From the NCBI GenBank assembly GCA_041691435.1, contig JBEPUS010000002.1, positions 1 to 44,934 of the forward strand: a stretch of DNA of 44,934 nucleotides. Direction: 5' to 3'. This DNA comes from Chloroflexota bacterium. GTDB lineage: Bacteria > Chloroflexota > Limnocylindria > Limnocylindrales > CSP1-4. The notes under the pieces were generated by a model that worked only from the letters and a program-made list of their open reading frames with translations, was not told the origin of the DNA and did no database searches. Made by a program: the position numbers and the translations under genes. Position 1 is the first letter of the stretch. Each line of letters starts with the position of its first letter. Positions 7,842 to 16,572 of this stretch are shown here, in pieces.

Positions 7842-8659
7842 CCCGCCTCCTCACCGACGAAGGCGTCGATCCCATCAAGCAGGCGGCTGAGGCCGAACTC
7901 GAATTGCTGCTCGAAGGTCAGGTCATCGGCGTCGACGATCACCCGGGCGAAATGGGGGTATTGCCCGCCCTCGATGACCGAGCGGATGTACGGCCCCAGC
8001 TGGGCCCGCCACTCCTCTTCTGAGACGCCGGTCCGGCGGTGCGCCTCCAGCTCGCCCAGCTCTTCGCTGATCGCGCCATGGACGAAGCCCAGGATGGAGC
8101 TGAGGATCGAGCCGGCTACCGTCGCGTCGGTGGTCAGCTGGGCCACGACGGCGCTCGCGAACTCGGCCGCCTTGAGGGTGTTCGGGCCGAGCGCCAGTCG
8201 GCTCGCGGACTGGCCGGCGAGCCAGGGATGGCGAAGGAACTGGGCCCTGCGGCCGCGTGCCACGAAGCGCAGGTCCGCTTGCCAATCGCCCGATGGTGCC
8301 TGCGGAATCGGGATGCCCGGCCCGGGCGACTCGCCATTGACGGCGTCGGCCATCAGCTCGAGCAGCTCGTCCTTGCTCTTGATGTAGCGGTAGAGAGACG
8401 TCGTGCCGGTCGCCAGCGCCGTGGCCAGGTGGCGCATCGAGAGGAGCGTGGGCCCTTCCAGGTCGGCCAGCGCAATTGACGCCTGGACGATCCGGTCCAC
8501 CTCGCGCTTCGCCCGGGGAGAAGCGTCCTTCAGCCGAAGCCAGACGAGGACGGGCGGCTCGGCCGGTCGCGAGTGCCGCCCGCCGGGGCCGTGGTGGACC
8601 GGGCGGGCTACCCGCGGACGGTGGTCGCGGAGCTGCGATCGCCGAAGGGCTCCGCTCAC
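7838..8659 (-). CDS. TetR/AcrR-family transcriptional regulator
   Basis: HTH segment LSMRHLATALATGTTSLYRYIKSKDELL plus a TetR-type C-terminal domain. Start placed at GTG 8659, preceded by GGAGGGGAGGTGGTGAA (SD about 7 nt upstream). The track start at 8824 would run through the divergent promoter and into the ABC gene. Confidence 0.8.
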   Translation of the reverse strand: MSGALRRSQLRDHRPRVARPVHHGPGGRHSRPAEPPVLVWLRLKDASPRAKREVDRIVQASIALADLEGPTLLSMRHLATALATGTTSLYRYIKSKDELLELMADAVNGESPGPGIPIPQAPSGDWQADLRFVARGRRAQFLRHPWLAGQSASRLALGPNTLKAAEFASAVVAQLTTDATVAGSILSSILGFVHGAISEELGELEAHRRTGVSEEEWRAQLGPYIRSVIEGGQYPHFARVIVDADDLTFEQQFEFGLSRLLDGIDAFVGEEAG

Positions 8660-8730
8660 TTCACCACCTCCCCTCCATACCGGGTCCACATTCGACCAGC
8701 ACGATGGCCGGGTCATCAGGCGAATACCTG

Positions 8731-8788
8731 TTGACGCTGAGTATAGCCCTCGGCTACAGTGTTCCCATAACGGCAACAGTGTTCCCAT
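8731..8788 (+). promoter_or_regulatory. Candidate promoter TTGACG-18-TACAGT of the ABC-2 operon, overlapped by a 13-bp direct repeat (probable TetR operator)
   Basis: ttgacg 8731-8736; tacagt 8755-8760; ACAGTGTTCCCAT at 8756-8768 and 8776-8788 (20-bp period). Confidence 0.5.
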
Positions 8789-8807
8789 TTTCGAGCTGGA
8801 GCCCCGC

Positions 8808-9761
8808 ATGGATCCCATCATCACCGTCGATTACCTGGTCAAGCGCTACCGGAAGTCGTCGCGCGCCGCCGTCGACGACATCAGCTTCCAGGTCGAGCCG
8901 GGGGAGCTGTTCGCCTTCCTCGGCCCGAATGGCGCCGGCAAGACCACGACCATCTCGATCCTCACCACCACGCTCGCCAAGACGAGCGGCACCGTCACGA
9001 TCGGGGGGCACGACCTTGACCGCGAGGCCAAGGCGGTCCGTCGCGAGATCGGGATCATCTTCCAGAACCCCAGCGTGGACACGCACCTGTCAGCCGAGGA
9101 GAACATCCGGCTGCACGTGGCCATCTACGGCCTGTACGGCTACCGGCCGATCTACCGGCTCATGCCCGCCGAATACCGGCGACGTGTGGAGCAGCTGGCC
9201 GCCGTCGTGGGCCTGGCCGACGACCTGTTCAAGCCGCTCAGCACCTATTCGGGCGGCATGAAGCGCAAGCTCGAGATCATCCGCAGCCTCATGCATCGGC
9301 CGGCCGTGCTGTTCCTCGACGAGCCAACGTCCGGCCTCGACCCGATCAGCCGGCGCTCGCTGTGGGACTACCTGGCGGAGGTCCGCCGGACGGACGCGAC
9401 GACGATCTTCCTGACCACGCATTACCTCGAGGAGGCCGAAGGGGCCGACCGGGTCTGCGTGATCGACCACGGCCGGATCGCCGTGATCGGGACGCCCGAC
9501 GAGCTGAAGGAACATCTCCTGGAGCGTGCCGTGGAGCTCGATGCCATCGATCGCCCGGCGCTGGCCGCCGACTTGCGGGCCCTCGGCCTGCAGCCGACCG
9601 AGATGCCCGACGGTGTCCTGCGGGTCGCCTTCGAGGGATCCACCGCCCAATCCCTGATCAGCCGGATCAGCACCCCGCTGTCGGTGCTCCGGGTCCGTGA
9701 ACCGAGCCTGGAAGAGGCCTATGTCGAGCTGCTCCGCCAGTCCGAGGAGGACGCCGCATGA
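8808..9761 (+). CDS. ABC transporter ATP-binding protein (DrrA/ABC-2 type)
   Basis: Starts [14 protein letters not shown]. Walker [10 protein letters not shown], signature YSGGMKRKL, Walker [17 protein letters not shown] 6 nt upstream of ATG 8808. Confidence 0.9.
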   Translation: MDPIITVDYLVKRYRKSSRAAVDDISFQVEPGELFAFLGPNGAGKTTTISILTTTLAKTSGTVTIGGHDLDREAKAVRREIGIIFQNPSVDTHLSAEENIRLHVAIYGLYGYRPIYRLMPAEYRRRVEQLAAVVGLADDLFKPLSTYSGGMKRKLEIIRSLMHRPAVLFLDEPTSGLDPISRRSLWDYLAEVRRTDATTIFLTTHYLEEAEGADRVCVIDHGRIAVIGTPDELKEHLLERAVELDAIDRPALAADLRALGLQPTEMPDGVLRVAFEGSTAQSLISRISTPLSVLRVREPSLEEAYVELLRQSEEDAA

Positions 9762-10624
9762 ACGCCGAGATCACCAGCAGCCGGGACGAATCCCTCGAGG
9801 GCCGGCGCGCGGGCGCCGTCTCGGGCGGCTTCCAGGCGACCCTCGCCCGCGAGGTCAATGCCACGTTTGCCATCGCCTGGCGGGAGGTCCTGCGGGCCAT
9901 CAAGAGCCCCGCGTCGCTGGCCTTCACGATCATCTTCCCGGTGTTGTTCATTGGCGTCCTGGGCGGCAGCATCAGCCAGAACCTGGGCAATGCCCTGCCG
10001 TTCGCGTACCTGCCATTCATGCTCATCGGGATGATGGCCAACTCGCTCTACCAGGGCACGATCGTCGGCGTAACCAACCTGGTGGAGGAGCGCGAGAACG
10101 ACTTCACGGCCGAGCTCTTCGTTGCCCCGATCTCGCGATACGCAGTCCTGCTTGGCAAGATGCTCGGCTCGGGCGTCGCTTCCCTCAGCTCAATCGTCGG
10201 GATCTTCGCGATGATCGTGATCATGCAGATCCCGATGAACGTGGGTGACCTGCTGCGGGTGCTTGCCCTGGCCCCGGTCCTGGCCCTGGCGGGCGGTGCC
10301 CTGGGGATCTTCTTCATCGGCTTCGTCCACGACCCGAAGGTCGCCGCGATCGGCGTGCCGCTGCTGATCTTTCCCCAGATGTTCGTGTCCGGTGCGCTGA
10401 TCCCGGTCGCCGCCTCGACCGGCCTGCTGGGCTTCCTGGCGAAGGTCATCCCGATGACCTACAGCATCGACCTGGCCCGCAACATCTTCTACTGGGGCAA
10501 GCCCGAGTACAGCGCCGCGGTCCTCAACAGCCCGATCCTCGACCTCACGGTGACCGTAGGCCTGTTCCTCGCCTTCACGATCGTGGGCACCTTCTTCTTC
10601 GTCCGCTCCGACCGAAACCGCTGA
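9758..10624 (+). CDS. ABC-2 type transporter permease
   Basis: 288-aa protein with 6 predicted TM helices. ATGA overlap with the ATPase gene. Confidence 0.85.
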   Translation: MNAEITSSRDESLEGRRAGAVSGGFQATLAREVNATFAIAWREVLRAIKSPASLAFTIIFPVLFIGVLGGSISQNLGNALPFAYLPFMLIGMMANSLYQGTIVGVTNLVEERENDFTAELFVAPISRYAVLLGKMLGSGVASLSSIVGIFAMIVIMQIPMNVGDLLRVLALAPVLALAGGALGIFFIGFVHDPKVAAIGVPLLIFPQMFVSGALIPVAASTGLLGFLAKVIPMTYSIDLARNIFYWGKPEYSAAVLNSPILDLTVTVGLFLAFTIVGTFFFVRSDRNR

Positions 10625-10654
10625 TGGGCCTGGTCGTGGGCGGCGGAGGTCCTG

Positions 10655-10683
10655 TTGCCAACTCGTCACGGCCCGGCTATATT
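10655..10683 (+). promoter_or_regulatory. Candidate promoter TTGCCA-17-TATATT for the MarR-ABC exporter operon
   Basis: ttgcca 10655-10660, tatatt 10678-10683. GTG 10690 follows after 6 nt (leaderless geometry). Confidence 0.45.
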
Positions 10684-10689
10684 TTCAAC

Positions 10690-11232
10690 GTGGCATTGAC
10701 TATCAGCGCCGAGCAAAGCGCATCTCCCGCCGCCCGTCGTCGGAAGCTGGCCGACGAGCTGATCGAAGAGCTCGTCCCCACCTCCCGCGAGAAGCTGAAC
10801 GCCTACCGGGCGTGGCATCGCGGCGCGCTGAGCCTCGTCCATCTCAACGTGCTCAGCGTGCTCCAGGCAGAAGGCCCGATCTCGATGGGTCGCCTGGCCG
10901 AGGCGCTCGACGTCTCGGTCGCCAGCGCGACCGGGATCGTCAGCCGGATGACCACCCGGGGCGTCGTGGACCGGCGCCATGACACGAGCGATCGGCGGGT
11001 CGTGCTGGTCCACCTGACCGAGACCGGGCTGAATGTCAACCAGTCGCTCGAGCAGCATCACCGCGAGCGTCTCAGCCGGTTGCTCGAGGAGCTCAGCGCC
11101 GAGGAGATGACCGGCTTCCTGCTCGGCCTGCGGGCCATGCATCGGGCACGTGCCCGGATGGCGGCCGCGGCCGAGTCGGCCGATGCCCAACCGCTCGCCG
11201 CGCCGGCCCGGGCAGGGGAGTCCGTCCGATGA
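10690..11232 (+). CDS. MarR-family transcriptional regulator
   Basis: Winged-helix core LSVLQAEGPISMGRLAEALDVSVASATGIVSRMTTRGVVDRRHDTSDRRVV. Start uncertain: GTG 10690 is favoured because it sits 6 nt after a TATATT -10 and third-position GC is low before about 10700. The track start is ATG 10624. Confidence 0.78.
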   Translation: MALTISAEQSASPAARRRKLADELIEELVPTSREKLNAYRAWHRGALSLVHLNVLSVLQAEGPISMGRLAEALDVSVASATGIVSRMTTRGVVDRRHDTSDRRVVLVHLTETGLNVNQSLEQHHRERLSRLLEELSAEEMTGFLLGLRAMHRARARMAAAAESADAQPLAAPARAGESVR

Positions 11233-12968
11233 TCAACCTGCTGCGAACCTACCTGCGGCCGTACCGTGGCTCGCTCATCCTGGTCGTGATCCTGCTCCTG
11301 ATCCAGGCGGTTGGGACGCTCTACCTGCCGGATCTAAATGCCGACATCATCAACAACGGAATCGTGGCCGGGAACAGCGACTACATCGTCACCACCGGCG
11401 CGCTGATGCTCGGGGTGACCCTGCTCCTGGGGATTGCCTCCATCCTGGCCGTGTATTGGGGGGCCAAGGCGTCGATGGGCTTCGGCCGCGACGTCCGCAC
11501 GGCGATCTTCCGCAAGGTCGAAAGCTTCGCCCAGGTCGAGGTCAACCAGTTCGGGCCGGCCTCCCTGATCACCCGCAACACGAACGACGTCCAGCAGGTC
11601 CAGACGGTGGTCTTCCTGGGCCTCACCGTCCTGATCTCGGCGCCGATCCTGGGCATCGGCGGGGTCATCATGGCGATCCGCGAGGACGTCCCGCTGTCAG
11701 GCCTGCTGATCGTGATCCTGCCGATCATGGCCCTGGTCATCGGCATCGTCATGTCGCGGGCGATTCCGCTCTTCCGGGCGATGCAGGTCAAGCTCGACCG
11801 GATCAACCAGGTCATGCGCGAGACGCTGTCCGGCGTGCGTGTCATCCGGGCCTTCGTCCGCACGGACGTCGAAGAGGCGCGCTTCGATGTCGCCAACAAG
11901 GACCTGTTCAGCACCGCGATCCGGGTCAACCGCCTGTTCGCGCTGATGATCCCGGTGATGACCGGCATCGTGAACCTGTCGATCGTCGCCGTGATGTGGT
12001 TCGGGGCCGCCCGGGTCAACAGCGGCGACATGCCGATCGGCAACCTGACCGCGTTCCTGCAGTACCTGATGCAGATCCTGTTCGCGGTCCTGTTCGCCGT
12101 GATCATGTTCGTCTTCGTGCCCCGCGCGGCCGTTTCCGCCGGCCGGATCCAGGAGGTCCTCCAGCAGGAGCTGTCGGTTCGCGACCCCGAGCACCCGCTC
12201 ACGCCCGCGCGCTCTGATCATCCCGGCCTGGTCGAGTTCCGGAATGTCGAATTCGGTTACCCCGGCGCCGAGCACCCGGTCCTCTTCGGGATCACGTTCG
12301 CGGCCCGGCCGGGCCAGACAACCGCGATCGTGGGCAGCACGGGCAGCGGCAAATCGACCCTGGTCAACCTGATCCCGCGTTTCTACGACGCCACCAAGGG
12401 CAGCGTCCTGATCGACGGCGTCGACGTCCGCCGGTTGCGCCAGGCCGACGTCTGGGACCGGCTCGGGGTGATCTCCCAGAAGGCATTCCTGTTCAGCGGC
12501 ACGGTCGCGAGCAACCTGCGCTACGGCGACGAGTCGGCGACCGACGAGGAGCTCTGGCATGCCCTCGCGACGGCCCAGGGCCGCGACTTCGTGGAGGCCA
12601 TGGAGGGCGGCCTCGAGGCGCCGATCACCCAGGGCGGCACGAACCTGTCGGGCGGCCAGCGCCAGCGTCTGGCGATTGCCCGGGCGCTCGTCAAGCGGGC
12701 CGAGATCTACATCTTCGACGACAGCTTCTCGGCGCTCGACTTCAGCACCGATGCCCGCCTCCGAGCGGCCCTGGGCAAGGACCTCGGCGACGCTACCGTG
12801 ATCATCGTCGCCCAGCGCGTCGGCACGATCATGAAGGCCGATCGGATCATCGTCCTCGATGCCGGCCGGATCGTCGGCAGCGGGACGCACGCCGAGCTCC
12901 TCGAAAGCAACGAGACCTACCGCGAGATCGTCTACTCCCAGCTCTCCGAAGCGGAGGCCGTGGCATGA
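11229..12968 (+). CDS. ABC exporter, fused permease/ATPase (heterodimer partner 1)
   Basis: 6-TM exporter domain followed by Walker A GSTGSGKST, signature LSGGQRQRL and Walker B IYIFDDSFSALD. ATGA overlap with the MarR gene. Confidence 0.9.
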   Translation: MINLLRTYLRPYRGSLILVVILLLIQAVGTLYLPDLNADIINNGIVAGNSDYIVTTGALMLGVTLLLGIASILAVYWGAKASMGFGRDVRTAIFRKVESFAQVEVNQFGPASLITRNTNDVQQVQTVVFLGLTVLISAPILGIGGVIMAIREDVPLSGLLIVILPIMALVIGIVMSRAIPLFRAMQVKLDRINQVMRETLSGVRVIRAFVRTDVEEARFDVANKDLFSTAIRVNRLFALMIPVMTGIVNLSIVAVMWFGAARVNSGDMPIGNLTAFLQYLMQILFAVLFAVIMFVFVPRAAVSAGRIQEVLQQELSVRDPEHPLTPARSDHPGLVEFRNVEFGYPGAEHPVLFGITFAARPGQTTAIVGSTGSGKSTLVNLIPRFYDATKGSVLIDGVDVRRLRQADVWDRLGVISQKAFLFSGTVASNLRYGDESATDEELWHALATAQGRDFVEAMEGGLEAPITQGGTNLSGGQRQRLAIARALVKRAEIYIFDDSFSALDFSTDARLRAALGKDLGDATVIIVAQRVGTIMKADRIIVLDAGRIVGSGTHAELLESNETYREIVYSQLSEAEAVA

Positions 12969-14971
12969 GCGGGCGACCAGGCGGCGGGGCCCCGAGCGGA
13001 CCACCTGCGGGCGGGCCTGGCGGAATGGGTCCGGGCGGCCGGCCGCCGATGCGCCGGGGCATGGGCCCGGGCGGAATGATGGGCGGGATGCCCGCCGAGA
13101 AGTCGAAGAACTTCAAGGTCGCCTTCGGCCGGCTGCTCGCCCGGCTGCGTCCCGAGGCACCCCTCATCGCCCTCGTCTTCGTGCTCGCGATCATCAGCGT
13201 CACGTTCGCGGTGGTCGGCCCGAAGATCCTGGGCAACGCCACCAACGTCATCTTCCAGGGCGCGATCAGCAAGCAGCTGCCGATTGGCGTGACCAAGGCC
13301 CAGGCTGTCGCCGGGCTCCGCGCCGCGGGCAAGAACCAGCTGGCCGACCTGCTCGAGAGCCTGACCCTGACGCCGGGCGTGGGCATCGACTTCGGCGCCC
13401 TGGGCGGGATCCTGCTGCTCCTGACCGGGGTCTACCTGCTGAGCTCAGCGTTCAGCTGGGTGCAGGCCTGGATCATGGCCGGCGTCACCCAGCGGACCGT
13501 CTATCGGCTGCGCCGGGACGTCGACGAGAAGCTCGGCCGGCTGCCGCTCAAGTACTTCGACGGCCACCCCCGGGGCGACATCCTGAGCCGGGTGACGAAC
13601 GACATTGACAATATTGGCCAGACCCTCCAGCAGAGCCTGACCCAGCTGATCACCGCGCTGCTGACGGTCGTCGGGGTGCTCATCATGATGCTCCTGATCA
13701 GCCCGCTGCTGGCGTTCATCTCGCTGCTGGCCGTACCGGTCTCGATCGTTGTGACGGTCCTGATCGCCGGCCGCTCGCAGAAGCAGTTTGCCCGCCAGTG
13801 GGCCTCGACCGGGACGCTCAACGGGCAGGTCGAGGAGATGCATACGGGCCACGCGATCGTCAAGGTCTTCGGTCGTCAGAAAGAGGCGATTGCTCGCTTC
13901 GACGCCGAGAACGCCAAGCTGTATGACGCCAGCTATCGGGCCCAGTTCATCTCGGGGATCATCCAGCCCTCGATGAACTTCATCGCCAACCTCAACTACG
14001 TGGCGATCGCCGTGATCGGCGGGCTGCGGGTCGCCGCGGGCCAGCTGTCGCTGGGCGACGTCGTGGCGTTCATCCAGTACTCACGGCAGTTCACGTTCCC
14101 GATCGTCCAGACCGCGAGCATCGCCAACGTCCTCCAGTCGGCGGCGGCCTCGGCCGAGCGCATCTTCGAGCTGCTCGACGAGCCCGAGGAGATCCCCGAT
14201 CCCATCGCCCCGGAGCTCATCGAGAACGCCGTCGGTGCCGTGACGTTCGAGGACGTCTCGTTCCGCTACGAGCCGGACAAGCCGCTCATCGACGACCTGA
14301 ACCTCGACGTCAAGGCCGGCCAGACAATCGCGATCGTCGGCCCGACGGGCGCCGGCAAGACCACCCTGGTCAACCTCCTGATGCGCTTCTACGAGATCGA
14401 CGGCGGGCGAATCACGGTCGAGGGGATCGACACCCGGGCGACCACTCGCGACAACCTTCGGGAGACCTTCGGGATGGTCCTCCAGGACACGTGGCTCTTC
14501 CACGGCACCATCAGCGAGAACATCGGCTACGGCAAGGAAGGCGCGACCGAGGCCGACATCGAGGCAGCTGCCGAGGCTGCCCACGTCGATCACTTCGTGC
14601 GCACCCTGCCCGCCGGCTACGAGACTGTGATCGATGACGACGCCACCAACGTGTCGGCCGGCGAGAAGCAGCTCCTGACCATCGCCCGGGCATTCCTGGC
14701 CGATCCGCCGATCCTCATCCTCGACGAGGCGACGAGCTCGGTCGACACGCGCACCGAGGTCCTGATCCAGCGGGCGATGAACCGGCTCATGAAGGGCCGG
14801 ACAACGTTCGTGATCGCCCACCGGCTCTCGACGATCCGCGACGCCGACACGATCCTGGTCATGGACCACGGCCACATCATCGAGCAGGGCACCCACGACG
14901 CGCTCCTCGCCGCCCGCGGCTTCTACTACGACCTGTACAACAGCCAGTTCGTCGAGGCGATCGCGAGCTAG
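12965..14971 (+). CDS. ABC exporter, fused permease/ATPase (heterodimer partner 2) with a Gly/Pro/Met-rich N-terminal extension
   Basis: Walker A GPTGAGKTT, signature VSAGEKQLL, Walker B ILILDEATSSVD. ATGA overlap with partner 1. Confidence 0.9.
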   Translation: MSGRPGGGAPSGPPAGGPGGMGPGGRPPMRRGMGPGGMMGGMPAEKSKNFKVAFGRLLARLRPEAPLIALVFVLAIISVTFAVVGPKILGNATNVIFQGAISKQLPIGVTKAQAVAGLRAAGKNQLADLLESLTLTPGVGIDFGALGGILLLLTGVYLLSSAFSWVQAWIMAGVTQRTVYRLRRDVDEKLGRLPLKYFDGHPRGDILSRVTNDIDNIGQTLQQSLTQLITALLTVVGVLIMMLLISPLLAFISLLAVPVSIVVTVLIAGRSQKQFARQWASTGTLNGQVEEMHTGHAIVKVFGRQKEAIARFDAENAKLYDASYRAQFISGIIQPSMNFIANLNYVAIAVIGGLRVAAGQLSLGDVVAFIQYSRQFTFPIVQTASIANVLQSAAASAERIFELLDEPEEIPDPIAPELIENAVGAVTFEDVSFRYEPDKPLIDDLNLDVKAGQTIAIVGPTGAGKTTLVNLLMRFYEIDGGRITVEGIDTRATTRDNLRETFGMVLQDTWLFHGTISENIGYGKEGATEADIEAAAEAAHVDHFVRTLPAGYETVIDDDATNVSAGEKQLLTIARAFLADPPILILDEATSSVDTRTEVLIQRAMNRLMKGRTTFVIAHRLSTIRDADTILVMDHGHIIEQGTHDALLAARGFYYDLYNSQFVEAIAS

Positions 14972-14975
14972 GAGT

Positions 14976-15043
14976 GGGAGCGCCAGCTCCCTGTGCGTAG
15001 CCCGCGAGGCCGCCGCCGAGGGGCTACTTGCCGGCCGGGCAAG
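14976..15043 (+). terminator. Three consecutive GC hairpins after the ABC exporter operon
   Basis: gggagc-gcca-gctccc (14976-14991), gtagccc-N17-gggctac (14997-15027), cttgcc-ggccg-ggcaag (15027-15043). No U-tract. Confidence 0.35.
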
Positions 15044-15054
15044 CACGTGTGTGC

Positions 15055-15240
15055 ACGTCATACCTCAAAACCCTCGTCGCAGCGTCCAATCGGCGGCCAC
15101 GCAGCGCCCTCGGACGACATGGATCATCGCCGTGTCGACGAGTTCATCCCGGACCACGCTCAGGCCGGGACGAATCTTGGGATGCGAGCCCTGGAGCAGG
15201 GGCTGGCATCCCTGGAATCCAACCGTTTGAGGTATGGCGT
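15055..15240. repeat. Long-range inverted repeat (15-nt arms, 14/15) enclosing 156 nt upstream of the ArsA-like gene
   Basis: acgtcatacctcaaa (15055-15069) against the reverse complement of tttgaggtatggcgt (15226-15240). The single mismatch would be a G-U pair in + strand RNA. Confidence 0.7.
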
Positions 15241-15244
15241 ACCC

Positions 15245-15291
15245 GAGCGGCCGCGGGCAGGCGCGCGCCGAGTGGCCGCGGGCAGGCGCGC
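15245..15291. repeat. 22-nt tandem direct repeat (2 copies, 25-nt period)
   Basis: gagCggccgcgggcaggcgcgc (15245-15266) and gagTggccgcgggcaggcgcgc (15270-15291), one mismatch, about 80 nt upstream of the ArsA-like start. Confidence 0.8.
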
Positions 15292-15372
15292 AGCAGCCCA
15301 GATCCATCGACCGGGTTCGGATCGGAGGGGTACGATCGCCGCCCCACTGGCCGCGGCCACGGAGCAGCCACG

Positions 15373-16572
15373 ATGACCCGGATCCTCCTGTACACCGGCA
15401 AGGGCGGCGTCGGCAAGACGAGCATCGCTGCCGCCAGCGCCCTGCTGAGCGCCGATCGGGGCAACCGGACGATCGTCCTCTCGACCGACATCGCCCACAG
15501 CCTGGGCGACGCGTTCGATCGCAAGCTCGGACCGGAGCCGGCCGAGATCGCCCCGAACCTGTGGGCCCAGGAACCCGACGTCTACTTCAACATCGGGCGG
15601 TACTGGAAGACGATCCAGACGTACATGACGGACCTGTTCAGCTGGCGCGGGCTTGATGCGGTCATGGCCGAGGAGATGACGGTCCTGCCGGGGATGGACG
15701 AGCTCGGCAACCTGCTGTGGATCGCCGACCACGTCGAGTCGGGCAAGTACGACCTGATCGTCGTCGACGCGGCGCCGACCGGCGAGACCCTGCGCCTGCT
15801 GTCGTTGCCCGAGGCCAGTCGCTGGTGGGTGGATCGGATCGCGCCGATCGGCCGGCGGGTGAGCCGGCTGGGGCGGCCGGTGATCGAGCGGATGATCGGC
15901 GTCCCGGTTCCCCGTGACGAGGTGTTCGCGGCCGTCGAGCGATTGCTGGCCCGGCTCGATCTCGTCCACCGATTGCTGGCCGATCCTGAGAAGTCCTCGG
16001 TCCGGCTCGTGCTCGCCCTCGAGCAGCTGGCGATCGTCGAGGCCCGCCGGTCGTTCACCTACTTCCACCTGTTCGGCTACCCCAGCGACCTCGTCATCTG
16101 CAACCGGGTGATGCCCGAGACCGTCGGCGGCTACTTCGCCGGCCTGCGCGACACGCAGCAGGCCTACCTGCCCAGGGTCCGGGACGATTTCGCCCCCGTC
16201 CCGGTCAGGACTGTGCCGTTCTTCGACCGGGAGGTCATCGGCGCCGACGGCCTGCGCGAGATCGGCCGGGCGCTCTTCGAGGACGAGGATCCCGCGGCGT
16301 TCTTCTATCGCGGCCGGCCGTACCGGATCCGGGCCGAAGGCGACCGGCACATCCTGGAAGTGGCCCTCCCGTTCACGAGCCGCGCCGAGGTCGGCCTGTC
16401 CCGGGATGGCGATGAGCTGGTCATCCAGGTCGGCGCGTGGCGGCGTACGCTGGTCCTGCCGCGCGCCCTCGTCGACTCGCCGACGACCGGCGCGAAGATG
16501 GATGACGGAATCCTCCAGATCGAATTCTCGACCCGGGCCAGGGCTGTCAAGAAGGAGACCAGACATGGCTGA
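15373..16572 (+). CDS. ArsA/Get3-family P-loop ATPase with C-terminal HSP20-like domain
   Basis: Starts MTRILLYTGKGGVGKTSIAAASA (deviant Walker A). VVDAAPTGETLRLL switch motif. The C-terminus HILEVALPFTSRAEVGLSRDGDELVIQVGAWRRTLVLP resembles an alpha-crystallin/ArsA_HSP20 fold. The track ORF start at 15028 is an unsupported in-frame extension. Confidence 0.85.
   Translation: MTRILLYTGKGGVGKTSIAAASALLSADRGNRTIVLSTDIAHSLGDAFDRKLGPEPAEIAPNLWAQEPDVYFNIGRYWKTIQTYMTDLFSWRGLDAVMAEEMTVLPGMDELGNLLWIADHVESGKYDLIVVDAAPTGETLRLLSLPEASRWWVDRIAPIGRRVSRLGRPVIERMIGVPVPRDEVFAAVERLLARLDLVHRLLADPEKSSVRLVLALEQLAIVEARRSFTYFHLFGYPSDLVICNRVMPETVGGYFAGLRDTQQAYLPRVRDDFAPVPVRTVPFFDREVIGADGLREIGRALFEDEDPAAFFYRGRPYRIRAEGDRHILEVALPFTSRAEVGLSRDGDELVIQVGAWRRTLVLPRALVDSPTTGAKMDDGILQIEFSTRARAVKKETRHG

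Noticed and set aside
8660-8824. Upstream extension of the TetR ORF (track start 8824).
   Set aside because: It would run through the AT-rich divergent promoter/operator and 17 nt into the ABC ATPase gene. GTG 8659 has a strong SD.
10624-10689. ATG 10624 (TGATG overlap with the ABC-2 permease stop) as the MarR start.
   Set aside because: Not fully excluded. However, the 22 extra codons have low third-position GC and contain a good -35/-10 pair, so I favour GTG 10690.
15245-15291. CRISPR-like repeat.
   Set aside because: Only two copies separated by 3 nt, with no spacers and no cas genes.
15028-15372. In-frame 115-codon N-terminal extension of the ArsA-like ORF, as given in the ORF track.
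   Set aside because: The extension is Arg/Gly/Pro-rich and runs through the terminator hairpins, the inverted repeat and the tandem repeat. The family N-terminus (M-x-R-I-L-x-x-x-GKGGVGKT) starts at ATG 15373.
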